Shown: in pieces, positions 35,522 through 44,262 of the stretch | Layout of the letters: each line of letters opens with the position of its first letter | Position numbering within the stretch: position 1 is the first letter of the stretch | Source: an uncultured Myxococcales bacterium | GTDB lineage: Bacteria; Desulfobacterota; Binatia; UBA1149; SPBQ01 | DNA length: 44,262 nt | Direction of reading: 5' to 3' | NCBI GenBank assembly: GCA_964588545.1 | Contig: CAZPPZ010000001.1 | Span: forward strand, 16,918-61,179 | The notes under the pieces: generated by a model | What the model was told of the DNA's origin: nothing | The model's input: only the letters and a program-made list of their open reading frames with translations | Databases searched by the model: none | Position numbers and translations under genes: made by a program

Positions 35522-37221
35522 CTAGCTAGTTCCCGTCTCAGAATGGCGGTTTCCCAGCGGGCTTGCGTCGCAGTATCTGCGCGTGGCCCACGTATCACAA
35601 GATGAGTTGACCTGCCCGATGCGGTTTGGGCCACGTGAGAGCCTGAAGCGTGCATCGCATACGCACGCGTGCCCTCGTCCCATGTTCGTCGGGGACCAAC
35701 CGGGTCTTACACTTGTAAGGCGGGCTAAACGCGCAGGCGCCGGGCCATCAGCAGCAGGTTCGCTGTCACCACCGAAGACCAAGCGTAAGCCTCGAATGAC
35801 TCCAAGCCGCTCCATGTACAGCGACTCATCCCAAAGCAGCGCTTCAGGAAAGAGATCATCCCCTCAATGCCAGCGCGGAAATCGCGCAGCCGTTTGTACA
35901 CCCACGTGCTCTTGGCCATCTCCGTAATAGTCAGTCCTCGCTTCTTGGCGAAAGCGACATCGCTTACGCCCAAGGCCTTGATCGATTCAAGATTCTGCTT
36001 CGAAGCGAAGCCACCATCAAAGGCCGCTTGGCGCGGCACCCTACCGTAAATCTCCTGTTGTCGGTTGATCATCTTCTCGGCCAGGCTCACGTCGGCTGGA
36101 TTGCCTTGTTCAATCACCAGGTCGGTAAGCAATCCCGAGCTGCCACCAGTGATGGTGACTTTGTGGCCAAAGTAGGTCTCGCGCCGGTCCTTGATGATGA
36201 TGTCGGTGTGCGGCTCGAAGATCGACACGATCTTATCTTCGGGACGAAGTGATTCCCCGTCAAGCACCCGCTTTCGCGTTTGCGCAATGACCTGGCTGGC
36301 CAGCGCGATGTAGTGCTGCAGCTCGGCCTCCAGGATCATGGTCTTGACAAGGTCGGTCGTTGGCAAAACTTTGAGCTCGGCCTTTACTCGCTCGGCATCG
36401 TGCACACACTTGCACGCCACCTTGAGAAGATCCCGATACAGCTTTACCCGCTGCTTCTTCGTGCTCGCATTAAGAATACCTAACGCGCTTCTCTTGGCAC
36501 GGCGGCGGTGATCACTAACCACCACACCCGACATCTCCTTGGCCCGCTGGGTCAGTCGGCTAAGCACCCTGACGCTATCCCAGAGCAAGGAAGAGTCGGT
36601 GGGGTGGTGAATGTTCGACTCAACCACCGTGCAATCGATGCGCACCTTGCGGCCTTTTTCGATTTTCTTGGCAGCGGCGCTGGCGAGCAAGATTCGGTTG
36701 ATCGCCTCGAGCGTGTGCGCGCGTATCTTCTTGATGTCACGCTGCAGCGTCGACCCTGATGGCACCTTGTCGGCGATGCCGAATTCGCAAACCGCGCGGT
36801 AGGTCCTGGAGTCGGCCAGGTGATAGGCCAGCACCGCGTAGCTGAAGCCGTTCATCTGCTTAATCAGCAACGCCATCAAAACCTGCTCGGCGCTCATCTT
36901 GCCGCGCCGCCCACGCCGGGGGTTACTCAACCCGCGGACGAGGTCGGCGTGGATGAGTGCGACGATCTCGGGGTGCTCGCCCACCAGGCGGCGAATCTGG
37001 TGCAGCTCACTGGCGTGCTCATGCTCGATGGAGGGCTCGACAAGTGAGAGTTGTTGGCGTAGGGTGGTTCGCATCGGGGTTGTTTTCCTTTGTGATATCA
37101 ATGGTTTGTGATGACTCACTGATAGCACAGACACAAGGAAAACGCCCCGTTTTTACGTCCACTTTCTCGAATTTCTCTCCGGATTCTCGCTACTTACAAT
37201 TCCAGGATGGGAACTAGCTAG
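35522..37221 (-). mobile_element. Complete IS element (IS5/IS1182/ISNCY-type DDE transposase) with terminal inverted repeats
   Basis: The left end ctagctagttccc (35522..35534) is the exact inverse complement of the right end gggaactagctag (37209..37221). The match extends imperfectly to about 25 bp (20/25). If the outer CTAG at each end is a 4-bp target duplication, the element proper is 35526..37217. Confidence 0.85.
35725..37074 (-). CDS. DDE transposase (InsH-type N-terminal domain plus DDE_Tnp_1-like catalytic domain)
   Basis: From ATG 37074: MRTTLRQQLSL...RGRRGKMSAEQVLMALLIKQMNGFSYAVLAYHLADSRTYRAVCEFG...IDCTVVESNIHHPTDSSLL...YFGHKVTI...AFDGGFAS...RAGIEGMISFLKR. Confidence 0.9.
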   Translation of the reverse strand: MRTTLRQQLSLVEPSIEHEHASELHQIRRLVGEHPEIVALIHADLVRGLSNPRRGRRGKMSAEQVLMALLIKQMNGFSYAVLAYHLADSRTYRAVCEFGIADKVPSGSTLQRDIKKIRAHTLEAINRILLASAAAKKIEKGRKVRIDCTVVESNIHHPTDSSLLWDSVRVLSRLTQRAKEMSGVVVSDHRRRAKRSALGILNASTKKQRVKLYRDLLKVACKCVHDAERVKAELKVLPTTDLVKTMILEAELQHYIALASQVIAQTRKRVLDGESLRPEDKIVSIFEPHTDIIIKDRRETYFGHKVTITGGSSGLLTDLVIEQGNPADVSLAEKMINRQQEIYGRVPRQAAFDGGFASKQNLESIKALGVSDVAFAKKRGLTITEMAKSTWVYKRLRDFRAGIEGMISFLKRCFGMSRCTWSGLESFEAYAWSSVVTANLLLMARRLRV

Positions 37222-37229
37222 GTGTGGAC

Positions 37230-39185
37230 TCAGTCGCCGCAGACTACGCCGGGTCCGCCAGCCACCGAGCAGGGGCAGGTCATGACCGGGCAGCTGACAA
37301 CGCCGCCGCCAACGTAGGGGTCAGCCAGCGGATTGGGCTCGGGATCCGATTCGCATGAGCCGCCCGGGCAGTCGGCATCGACCGTACACGGTAGTCCCTC
37401 GCTGGTTCCAGCCTGGCAGGTGCTGACCAAGTCGCAGCCTGGGCCGACGCCATCGGGCGCTATCCCGTCGCCGCATTCGGTGTTGACCCAGTTGATGGGA
37501 TCGTCGTCGACCATTGCTATCAGCCAGTCGACCAGTCTCGGGTTTCCGCCAGTGGTGTCTTCGTAGAGTTTGTCGCTGCCGAAAACCGTGTGGCGCGAAC
37601 CAGCAGCAGTGTAATAGCGGAAATTGGGTGCCCGCGACGCGGTATCTGCAACGAACTCACGCATGCAGGTGTTGAACTCACAGGTCTCGTTCCACCACTG
37701 GCCCCATACCAGCGGGTTGCCGGTGTTCTTCATGACGTTGTAAAACGCCGACTGACCACCGCCGGTTCCGTCGTAGGCGGTGTTGTACGACGCGAAACGG
37801 TGCTGGGGGTTAGCCAGTGCTATTTCAGACATGATGTTGACCATCGACAGTTCTTCGGCCGGTCGGTCGAAGGCTGGAATGAACGGCGGCAGCTGCTCCT
37901 GTACGCCCCAGTTTTTCAGGCTCAGGTCTAGCCACTCGCGGGTGATTACGCCGACACCGGCGTCACCCAGCAGGTTGAACTGCGAAGTCGGGTAGACGTC
38001 GTGCATCAGGTAAGCGCCGTTCATCCACGCGCCGTATGATCCTGCGCTCGAGCCAGTGACAACGATGGTCTCTGGATTGACGAAGTGTTCGCGAGCAAAC
38101 TTCTCGGCCACCTGGGCATTTACGCGACCGACGTGGGAAATCGTCTGGGCTGCGCCGTAGAACGTGTGTTTGTTGCCCCAGTGTACGTCGCCGGTGCAGT
38201 AGGAAATGAACACGAAGCTCCAATCTTTGAAGGGGTTGTCGGGATCGTTGAAATCGGCGAGCCCGGTAGCCACCAAGCTCGGGTCATCCCCCGGTCCTGC
38301 CGTAATCTTGTAGGTAGGGAGTGTGAAGCAGGTCGTTCCACTCCAGCATGCCCCACCGCCCTGGTAGTACATTACCAGCTTGTTGACGGTGCCGCGTTTG
38401 TAGTGGAAAGACCAAGGGGTCTGACGCGAACACTCAGGCTGCAGTTGCTTCCCCTGGTAGGGCACGGTGTCGCCTACAGGGTACTCGATCATCTGAAACG
38501 TCGAAGGGAGACTCGGTGAGGTTGTCGTGTCAAAGACGGTATCGGTACTGATCGAGTCGGCGTCGCTGACCAGGCTAGCCGATGTCGGTGGCGCTCCGTT
38601 GCACAACGGGGCGATGTTCGCGTAGCGCTCCTCGAACTTGCTCTGGGCTTTCAGCTTGCGTTGTGAGTGTTTGGTCTCTTGAGAATCGCGCAGCAGATCT
38701 CTTACGAACTTGCCTTCCGACTTGAGAATATCACGGCAGTATCGGCCCGCCGAACGCAACAGCCCCCAAGCGCACTGACGATCGTTGGGATTGGCACTGT
38801 CTAGGTTGGCGACGACGCTCGTCTGCAGATTAGCGACGGCAGCGGCGATGTTGGTCGACATGGTGCCAGCGTCTAGCGTTGTTTCTGCGCAGGCTACGTT
38901 TTGGCGTGCCGCCGCGGCCTCTGCCTTGGCCCAGGTAACGCTGAGTTTGGCACTAGCCACCGCTATCGCGCTATCGCGACGGCTGCCGTCTGCGTCGGCG
39001 GTCGGCTTTGCGTGGAAGTTTGCCCATGCCCTGGCAGCGTTACGGCAGAACCTGCCCGCGACTTTCTGTTTCTTGGCTACGCAGACATTGGTCGGGTAGG
39101 CGGCATCCGCGCTGGGCGGTGTGGAGACTGCGAGCACGGCTGCAACAGCCAGCGTGGCGCTAAGTAGGTTGAACGGACGCAACAT
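37230..39185 (-). CDS. Secreted pectin-acetylesterase/Notum-like alpha/beta hydrolase with a helical Cys-containing N-terminal domain and a Cys-rich C-terminal tail
   Basis: Signal peptide MLRPFNLLSATLAVAAVLAVSTPPSADA. The core reads VMYYQGGGACWSGTTC...FISYCTGDVHWG...VVTGSSAGSYGA. The tail reads NTECGDGIAPDGVGPGCDLVSTCQAGTSEGLPCTVDADCPGGSCE...CPVMTCPC. RBS GAGGGA lies upstream. Confidence 0.7.
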   Translation of the reverse strand: MLRPFNLLSATLAVAAVLAVSTPPSADAAYPTNVCVAKKQKVAGRFCRNAARAWANFHAKPTADADGSRRDSAIAVASAKLSVTWAKAEAAAARQNVACAETTLDAGTMSTNIAAAVANLQTSVVANLDSANPNDRQCAWGLLRSAGRYCRDILKSEGKFVRDLLRDSQETKHSQRKLKAQSKFEERYANIAPLCNGAPPTSASLVSDADSISTDTVFDTTTSPSLPSTFQMIEYPVGDTVPYQGKQLQPECSRQTPWSFHYKRGTVNKLVMYYQGGGACWSGTTCFTLPTYKITAGPGDDPSLVATGLADFNDPDNPFKDWSFVFISYCTGDVHWGNKHTFYGAAQTISHVGRVNAQVAEKFAREHFVNPETIVVTGSSAGSYGAWMNGAYLMHDVYPTSQFNLLGDAGVGVITREWLDLSLKNWGVQEQLPPFIPAFDRPAEELSMVNIMSEIALANPQHRFASYNTAYDGTGGGQSAFYNVMKNTGNPLVWGQWWNETCEFNTCMREFVADTASRAPNFRYYTAAGSRHTVFGSDKLYEDTTGGNPRLVDWLIAMVDDDPINWVNTECGDGIAPDGVGPGCDLVSTCQAGTSEGLPCTVDADCPGGSCESDPEPNPLADPYVGGGVVSCPVMTCPCSVAGGPGVVCGD

Positions 39186-39535
39186 GTTAATTCCCTCTCT
39201 CTTATCTGTGTTTCACAACTGCTGCTGAGCCAGCGGCTTGGATGGCGCAACGCGTCAACAGCAAGGCCGGTAGCAGTCGGTTACGCTGCACCCGCAACGG
39301 TAGGGTGGTTGAGATCCTTGTGTCAAGGCGAGAACGATCAGGAGTAACGCCGCCAACACCGGCAACAGGGTAATTTCACCTGCTATTCTATATGGTTGAC
39401 GCCTGTGCCCGGCTATATGGCCGGGGTATTGGCGGCGCGCTGTTGGTCTGCTGGCGCCAAAGCCTGTATGCGCATCTGCGGGGGTCGACGAACCCGCCTT
39501 GCTGGGGCCCGGTGGTGGCAGCCCTGCGGCTGTTG

Positions 39536-39559
39536 GCGACGGCGGTTACTCGCCGTCGC
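39536..39559 (-). terminator. Hairpin 53 nt downstream of the cyclase stop (terminator candidate, no U-tract)
   Basis: gcgacggcg-gttact-cgccgtcgc: a perfect 9-bp GC-rich stem with a 6-nt loop. Confidence 0.35.
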
Positions 39560-39611
39560 TTCGGCTGGGGCGGCGCCAGTCGAGATTGGGCAAGGCTAGC
39601 CGCCGCGGGGC

Positions 39612-40271
39612 TCAGGCTGCAGCCGGCGAGGGCGGCCGCGGGCTAGGCTCTTCGCTATTGCTCTTGGTCTGTTCCTCACGCTGCCACTCGACTTCGAACA
39701 GCGCCGCCGCCTCGCTCAGACCTTCCAGCTGCACCTTGCCTAGGGGGAGGAAAGCGAACTGTTTTCCCGCGGCTAGTTGGCGAACGACGTCGGTAACGAT
39801 GATCTGTCTGCCGCCGGCTTGGCCGGCGACGCGTGCCGCGACGATTACCGCAGTACCATAGAGGTCCCCGTCTTCATGAATCGGAGCACCGGTATTGAGA
39901 CCGATAGCGATGCCCAGAGGTAGCGAAGGATTGGTCTGGCGGTAGGCCTCGGCGGCTCTCTGGATGGAGACAGCACAGTTTACCCCGCTGGTTGCCGCAG
40001 GGAAATAGGCCATTATGCCGTCGCCGGTGTGCTTGACCTCTACGCCGCCGTTGTCCTTGAGGGCCTTGCGTACCAGTGCGTTGTGAATACGCAGCAGGTG
40101 CTGTGAGCGGCGGTCGCCTACCCTTTCGGTAATCGAAGTATAATCGTCAATGTCGGTGAAGAGGATAGTCAGGTCCATGTCTCCGGCCAGCGTTGGTAGC
40201 CCCGAGCCCAGACCGAACACCGTGCGGGCCACGGGGGGGACAAGCATTTCAAGTCCTGTTCGTATGTTCAT
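39612..40271 (-). CDS. Class III adenylate/guanylate cyclase domain protein (stand-alone catalytic domain)
   Basis: ATG at 40271, 6 nt after GGGAG. The protein reads LTILFTDIDDYTSITERVGD...VKHTGDGIMAYF...IAIGLNTGAP....DLYGTAVIVAARV. Confidence 0.85.
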   Translation of the reverse strand: MNIRTGLEMLVPPVARTVFGLGSGLPTLAGDMDLTILFTDIDDYTSITERVGDRRSQHLLRIHNALVRKALKDNGGVEVKHTGDGIMAYFPAATSGVNCAVSIQRAAEAYRQTNPSLPLGIAIGLNTGAPIHEDGDLYGTAVIVAARVAGQAGGRQIIVTDVVRQLAAGKQFAFLPLGKVQLEGLSEAAALFEVEWQREEQTKSNSEEPSPRPPSPAAA

Positions 40272-40567
40272 TGCCGACTCCCGATGGCGACTGGGGCTGA
40301 GCAGCCTTCGTGACCACAGCATTGACGCTTCGATTTTGCTGCGGAGTTTGATGACTAGTCCCTCTGCCCGAGTCTAAGAATAGTATAGGCACGAACCGTG
40401 GGTAACGCAATGCGGCATTAGCCGCACTTATTTCTGATGGCTTTTCGATTCGCCTGGCTTCTCAAGACGTTTCAGCCTGTGCTTTCGCATCTTTGACGGG
40501 GCCACGATACGGGTATGAAAAGCAGTTCCGATTGCTAGCGACCCAACTAAACCTCGAGGTAACAGGC

Positions 40568-41500
40568 ATGAGCCTCAATTCAGAACAGCAACGCGAAGTA
40601 GATGAACAGAGGGCCGAGAGCTACCCAACACGGCGTGCCACCGTTGCTGGACTCGAGGATATTCTCTACGACGCCATTGGTGTGCTCGACCACGGATTCA
40701 TTCGTGTCATCGACTACATGGGAGATGATGCGGCGATTGTGCAGGCTGCGCGTGTTTCCTACGGCCGCGGGACTAAACAGTCGCGCGACGATCAGGGTCT
40801 GATCAACTACCTGCTGCGTAATTGGCACACCTCGCCATTTGAGATGTGTGAAATCAAGCTACACGTAAAGTTGCCGATTTTCGTCGCACGTCAGTGGATT
40901 CGCCATCGTACAGCCAATGTAAACGAGTATTCTGCGCGCTACTCGATTCTCGACCGTGAGTTCTACATTCCTGACGCCGAACATCTCGCAGGGCAGTCAA
41001 CCTCGAATCGTCAGGGACGGGGCGAGGTTCTCGTCGGTGAGGAAGCCCAGCGAGTCTTCACGATTCTTCGTGAAGACTCTGAACGCGCTTATGACCATTA
41101 CGAGGAAATGCTCAACCAGCGAGCCGACGGCACCACGATCGATGGTGAGAAACGAGGCTTGGCACGTGAGCTTGCTCGAATGAACCTGCCTGTCAACTTC
41201 TATACCCAGTGGTATTGGAAGACCGACCTGCACAACCTCATGCACTTCGTACGTTTGCGAGCAGATGCGCATGCCCAGTACGAGATTCGTGTTTATGCAG
41301 AAAAGCTGCTCGAGGTGATGAAACGCTGGGTACCATTGACGACAGAAGCGTTTCTCAACTATCGCAGTGGCGGCGCGCAGCTATCCGATAAAGCCTTGCA
41401 AGCGGTCAGGCGCATGCTTGGCGGCGCTGACGTGCAGCGCGAGGATGTCGGAATGTCGGCTCGCGAGTGGCGCGAGCTGATGGAACTGCTCGGGACCTGA
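40568..41500 (+). CDS. thyX: FAD-dependent thymidylate synthase
   Basis: From ATG 40568: [63 protein letters not shown] (the ThyX RHR...S.RY motif), and [17 protein letters not shown]. Confidence 0.9.
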   Translation: MSLNSEQQREVDEQRAESYPTRRATVAGLEDILYDAIGVLDHGFIRVIDYMGDDAAIVQAARVSYGRGTKQSRDDQGLINYLLRNWHTSPFEMCEIKLHVKLPIFVARQWIRHRTANVNEYSARYSILDREFYIPDAEHLAGQSTSNRQGRGEVLVGEEAQRVFTILREDSERAYDHYEEMLNQRADGTTIDGEKRGLARELARMNLPVNFYTQWYWKTDLHNLMHFVRLRADAHAQYEIRVYAEKLLEVMKRWVPLTTEAFLNYRSGGAQLSDKALQAVRRMLGGADVQREDVGMSAREWRELMELLGT

Positions 41501-41581
41501 TTCGTTCCCCTGAGAAATTCTGCCACAGCCAGTACTGGCCCGAGCTAAACTGGTTAGGGAGGCAAGCCGTTACCCCGCGCT

Positions 41582-44262
41582 GTGTGTGCGAGGCGTCTTG
41601 CTCTGGTTGTGGCAGAGCGCAAAGCGAAGCCTACTCTAGACGACGTGTCGTTGGAGAGTCTGGGTCCGGTCTCGATCGGCCTGGCAGGTGTATTCGTGTG
41701 CCTGTTTGCCGGGCACGTGGCCTCCTTTCCCCTTAGACTGGGAATACCCCTTGGCGGGCTGGCGCTGCTGACGGCTACGCTGCTGCTGGCGACACGCAGC
41801 ATTCTCAGCCGCAGATCATTACCAGCCAAGCGCGCCTACGTGGTCGAAGCGGGGATAGTTTCGGCGGCGGTTATCCACGGACTGTTGTTACCCGCGGTTA
41901 CCGGTGAGATCCGTCAGACCAGTCACCTGGTACTGCTACTCGTAGCCAGTGGATGTGTGCTGTTGTCGGCGCGTTGGCTGAGCGCGGTGCTGCTGGTTGC
42001 CAACTTGGCCTGGGGCTGGTTGGTACTCAGTTTACTGCCCGACAGCGACTGGCCGTACTGGGCGATGTCGCTAGCACTTGCCGACATGCTCTCGGTGTTT
42101 GCTTTCGTGGTTCGTCGGCGATCGCTTGGTCGCCTTGAGTTGGCCCGCGCGGCGCAAGAACAGCGGCGGTCGCGGCTCGAGGATCCGCTGCGCGAGTTGC
42201 GCGCAAGCGAAGAGCGTTGTCGTCAGCTCGCGGCGGCGACGACCGAGAGTCTGATCATTCATCGCGGCGGCGAGATTCTCGACTACAGCGATAACGCGGC
42301 CCGCTTGTTCGTGGCGAGCCCTTCTTGGCTGTCTGGCAAGCGGCTCGATGAAATTCTCGAGGAGTGCCCACCCTCTGACGATGAAGTTCTCAGGGGCATG
42401 CTCGCCGAAGGCGCGCGTACCGGCATAGCGCGCACTGCCAACGGCTGTCAGATACCAGTTGAGTTTAGTACTCGCGCTATCCACTACGAAGGCCGCGGTG
42501 CTGAAGTCATCGCGCTGCGTGACGTAAGCGCGCGTAGAGCCGCGTTGGTGGCGCTCAACGAACAGAGGGCACACGAGCGTGCCATTCTTGAGTCGGCTCT
42601 CGATTGCATTATCACCGTCGATCACAACGGACGTATTCTCGAATGGAACCCGGCATCGGTTACTACCTTCGGTCATTCGCGAGGAGAAGCCATCGGTCGC
42701 AATTTTGCCGAGCTAGTCATCCCCGAGGACTTACTAGACGACCATAGCAAAGATGTGAAGGACTACATCGCCAGCGGTCGCAGCGACATGCTTGGCAAAC
42801 GCATCGAGGCCCGCGCGCGTCACGCTGATGGACGAGAGTTTCCAGTAGAGCTTGCGGTTGCACGTCTCGAAGGTACGACGCCGCCGGTATTCACGGCCTA
42901 CCTGCGCGACATTACTGAGCGCAAACGGGCAGAAGCCGATATTGCCAAAGCACGCGATCAAGCCGTTCGGGCGTCACGAGTGAAGTCGGAATTCTTGGCG
43001 ACCATGAGCCACGAGATTCGCACGCCGATGAACGGTGTGTTGGGGATGGTGGGGTTGTTACTCGAGACCGGTCTCAGTGATGTCCAGCATCGTCAGGCCA
43101 CCGCGATCAAGCAGTCTGGCGACGCCCTACTGACCATCATCAACGACATTCTTGATTTCTCCAAGATCGAAGCAGGAAAGCTCGAGCTGGAGAACACTGA
43201 GTTCAATTTGCACAGACTCGTCGATGAGGCCGTCGAATTGCTCTCGGCCAAGGTCGACGCCAAGCCCGTAGAAATTGCTGGTCATATCGCCAACGATATT
43301 CCCGCTAACGTAATCGGCGATGCCGGTAGGCTACGGCAGATTCTCCTCAACCTGCTGAGCAATGCTGTCAAGTTCACCGCTGAAGGCGAGGTGGTTGTAC
43401 GCGCGGCGCTTGCGTGTGAAGAAGATGACGCGTTGGTGTTACTCTTCGAAATCGAGGACACCGGCCCCGGCGTTGATCCCGAGACGCAGAAGAAATTATT
43501 CCAGCCGTTCGTCCAGGGCGATGCCTCGATGTCGCGCCGTTATGCCGGCACCGGGTTGGGCTTGGCGGTGTCACGTCAGCTTGCCGAACTCATGGGCGGA
43601 GCCATTGGTGTGGAGAGCAAGCTCGGGGAGGGCAGTACGTTTTGGTTCACGGTACGCCTGCGCCGCGGAAGCGAAGCCTCTTCAACCGCGCAGCTCGACC
43701 TGAGCGGCCGGCGAGTTCTGGTAGTAGCCGAGAGCCGTACCACCTGCGACATCCTCTCTTCCTACCTCGGATCGTGGGGCCTGCACTGTGGGACCGCGGA
43801 CTCGGCTTCGGAGGCGCTCTCCGAGCTTCGTCGCGCGCTGAGGTCACGCCAGCCTTACGACGTTGGCATCGTTGACGCAGACCTCAGTGGTCGTGGGGGA
43901 TTGGCACTAGCACGAGAGCTAAACACCAACGTCGTGCACCGCGACGTCCGGCTTATCCTGCTTGCAGGAATGAACCGCCTCTCTACCTCTGCGCTTATCG
44001 ACGAGCCGGCGGTGGTCGATGTTCTTGCCAAGCCCATTAGTAAGTCACAGCTCTTCAATAGTTTGATGAATGTGCTCTGTGGCGACTCGCTGAACAGCGC
44101 TGAGGGTAGGCAAGCCGGTGGGTGTGCGGGTGAGACCCAAACACAGCCCCGATCTCTACGCATCCTGGTTGCCGAGGGTAACTTGGTCCATCAAGAAGCA
44201 ATCTGTCAGATGCTCTGCAATCTCGGACATAGCGGCGATGTCGCTGCCAATCGTCGAATCCG
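41582..44262 (+). CDS. Hybrid sensor histidine kinase (TM region, 2 PAS domains, HisKA, HATPase_c, receiver-like domains), 3' end cut by the window edge
   Basis: Not in the ORF track because it has no stop in the window. The frame opens after TAA 41546..41548 and is open to 44262 by hand translation. It shows hydrophobic N-terminal segments, PAS-like regions (LIIHRGGEILDYSDNAARLF; CIITVDHNGRILEWNPASVTTFGHSRGEAIGRNF), the H-box FLATMSHEIRTPMNGV, the N/G boxes LLNLLSNAVKFT, DTGPGV and GTGLGLAVS, and then receiver-like segments. The start (GTG 41582 or a later one) is uncertain. Confidence 0.85.
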   Translation, partial: MCARRLALVVAERKAKPTLDDVSLESLGPVSIGLAGVFVCLFAGHVASFPLRLGIPLGGLALLTATLLLATRSILSRRSLPAKRAYVVEAGIVSAAVIHGLLLPAVTGEIRQTSHLVLLLVASGCVLLSARWLSAVLLVANLAWGWLVLSLLPDSDWPYWAMSLALADMLSVFAFVVRRRSLGRLELARAAQEQRRSRLEDPLRELRASEERCRQLAAATTESLIIHRGGEILDYSDNAARLFVASPSWLSGKRLDEILEECPPSDDEVLRGMLAEGARTGIARTANGCQIPVEFSTRAIHYEGRGAEVIALRDVSARRAALVALNEQRAHERAILESALDCIITVDHNGRILEWNPASVTTFGHSRGEAIGRNFAELVIPEDLLDDHSKDVKDYIASGRSDMLGKRIEARARHADGREFPVELAVARLEGTTPPVFTAYLRDITERKRAEADIAKARDQAVRASRVKSEFLATMSHEIRTPMNGVLGMVGLLLETGLSDVQHRQATAIKQSGDALLTIINDILDFSKIEAGKLELENTEFNLHRLVDEAVELLSAKVDAKPVEIAGHIANDIPANVIGDAGRLRQILLNLLSNAVKFTAEGEVVVRAALACEEDDALVLLFEIEDTGPGVDPETQKKLFQPFVQGDASMSRRYAGTGLGLAVSRQLAELMGGAIGVESKLGEGSTFWFTVRLRRGSEASSTAQLDLSGRRVLVVAESRTTCDILSSYLGSWGLHCGTADSASEALSELRRALRSRQPYDVGIVDADLSGRGGLALARELNTNVVHRDVRLILLAGMNRLSTSALIDEPAVVDVLAKPISKSQLFNSLMNVLCGDSLNSAEGRQAGGCAGETQTQPRSLRILVAEGNLVHQEAICQMLCNLGHSGDVAANRRI

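Noticed and set aside
39540-39614. Read-through of the cyclase TGA stop as a fourth Sec candidate
   Set aside because: The downstream in-frame stretch is only about 21 codons (APRRLALPNLDWRRPSRSDGE), is not protein-like, and the TGA does not sit in any redox motif.
39392-39861. Small plus-strand ORFs 39392..39646, 39396..39599 and 39499..39861
   Set aside because: They are Arg/Gly/Ala-rich with no RBS. They partly overlap the cyclase gene in antisense and lie in a hairpin-rich spacer.
42071-42676. Minus-strand ORF of 201 aa
   Set aside because: It is antisense to the PAS region of the plus-strand histidine kinase, which has clear domain motifs. The minus ORF has none.
1-44262. Scan for tRNA (including tRNA-Sec), rRNA, CRISPR arrays and recognisable defence or toxin-antitoxin modules
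   Set aside because: I found no T-loop- or anticodon-loop-like tRNA signatures in the intergenic regions, no direct-repeat/spacer arrays and no gene pairs typical of defence systems. This was an eye scan only, so small RNAs could be missed.

Overview
GC-rich bacterial chromosomal segment. The gene content (myxo-type cysteine-rich repeats, secreted repeat proteins, selenoproteins) suggests a Myxococcota/Deltaproteobacteria-like lineage, but that is inference only. I support about 30 protein-coding genes, mostly housekeeping or accessory metabolism: SDR, pdxH, crotonase, M20 amidohydrolase, acyl-CoA ligase, YdeP-type molybdoenzyme, ilvD, acetolactate synthase, aldehyde dehydrogenase, M19 dipeptidase and thyX. 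There are also several large secreted proteins and one complete IS element. The main result of reading past the ORF track is that three redox genes each carry an in-frame TGA exactly where their families have a catalytic Cys: a GrdB/PrdB-like protein (U-A-S-C), a DsbA/FrnE-like protein (U-P-W-C) and a peroxiredoxin-GST_N fusion (T-P-T-U). The track truncates all three, and they are best read as selenoproteins. These families have known Sec forms, so this is an annotation recovery, not a new system. Two large genes run off the window edges and are missing from the track: a secreted beta-propeller plus disintegrin-like cysteine-rich repeat protein on the minus strand at the left edge, and a hybrid PAS histidine kinase on the plus strand at the right edge. 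A kinase-like gene is split by a +1 frameshift. I saw no rRNA, tRNA (including no tRNA-Sec) or CRISPR array, and no recognisable defence island or clearly undescribed multi-gene system. Start codons are chosen by eye from RBS context and are less certain than the reading frames.
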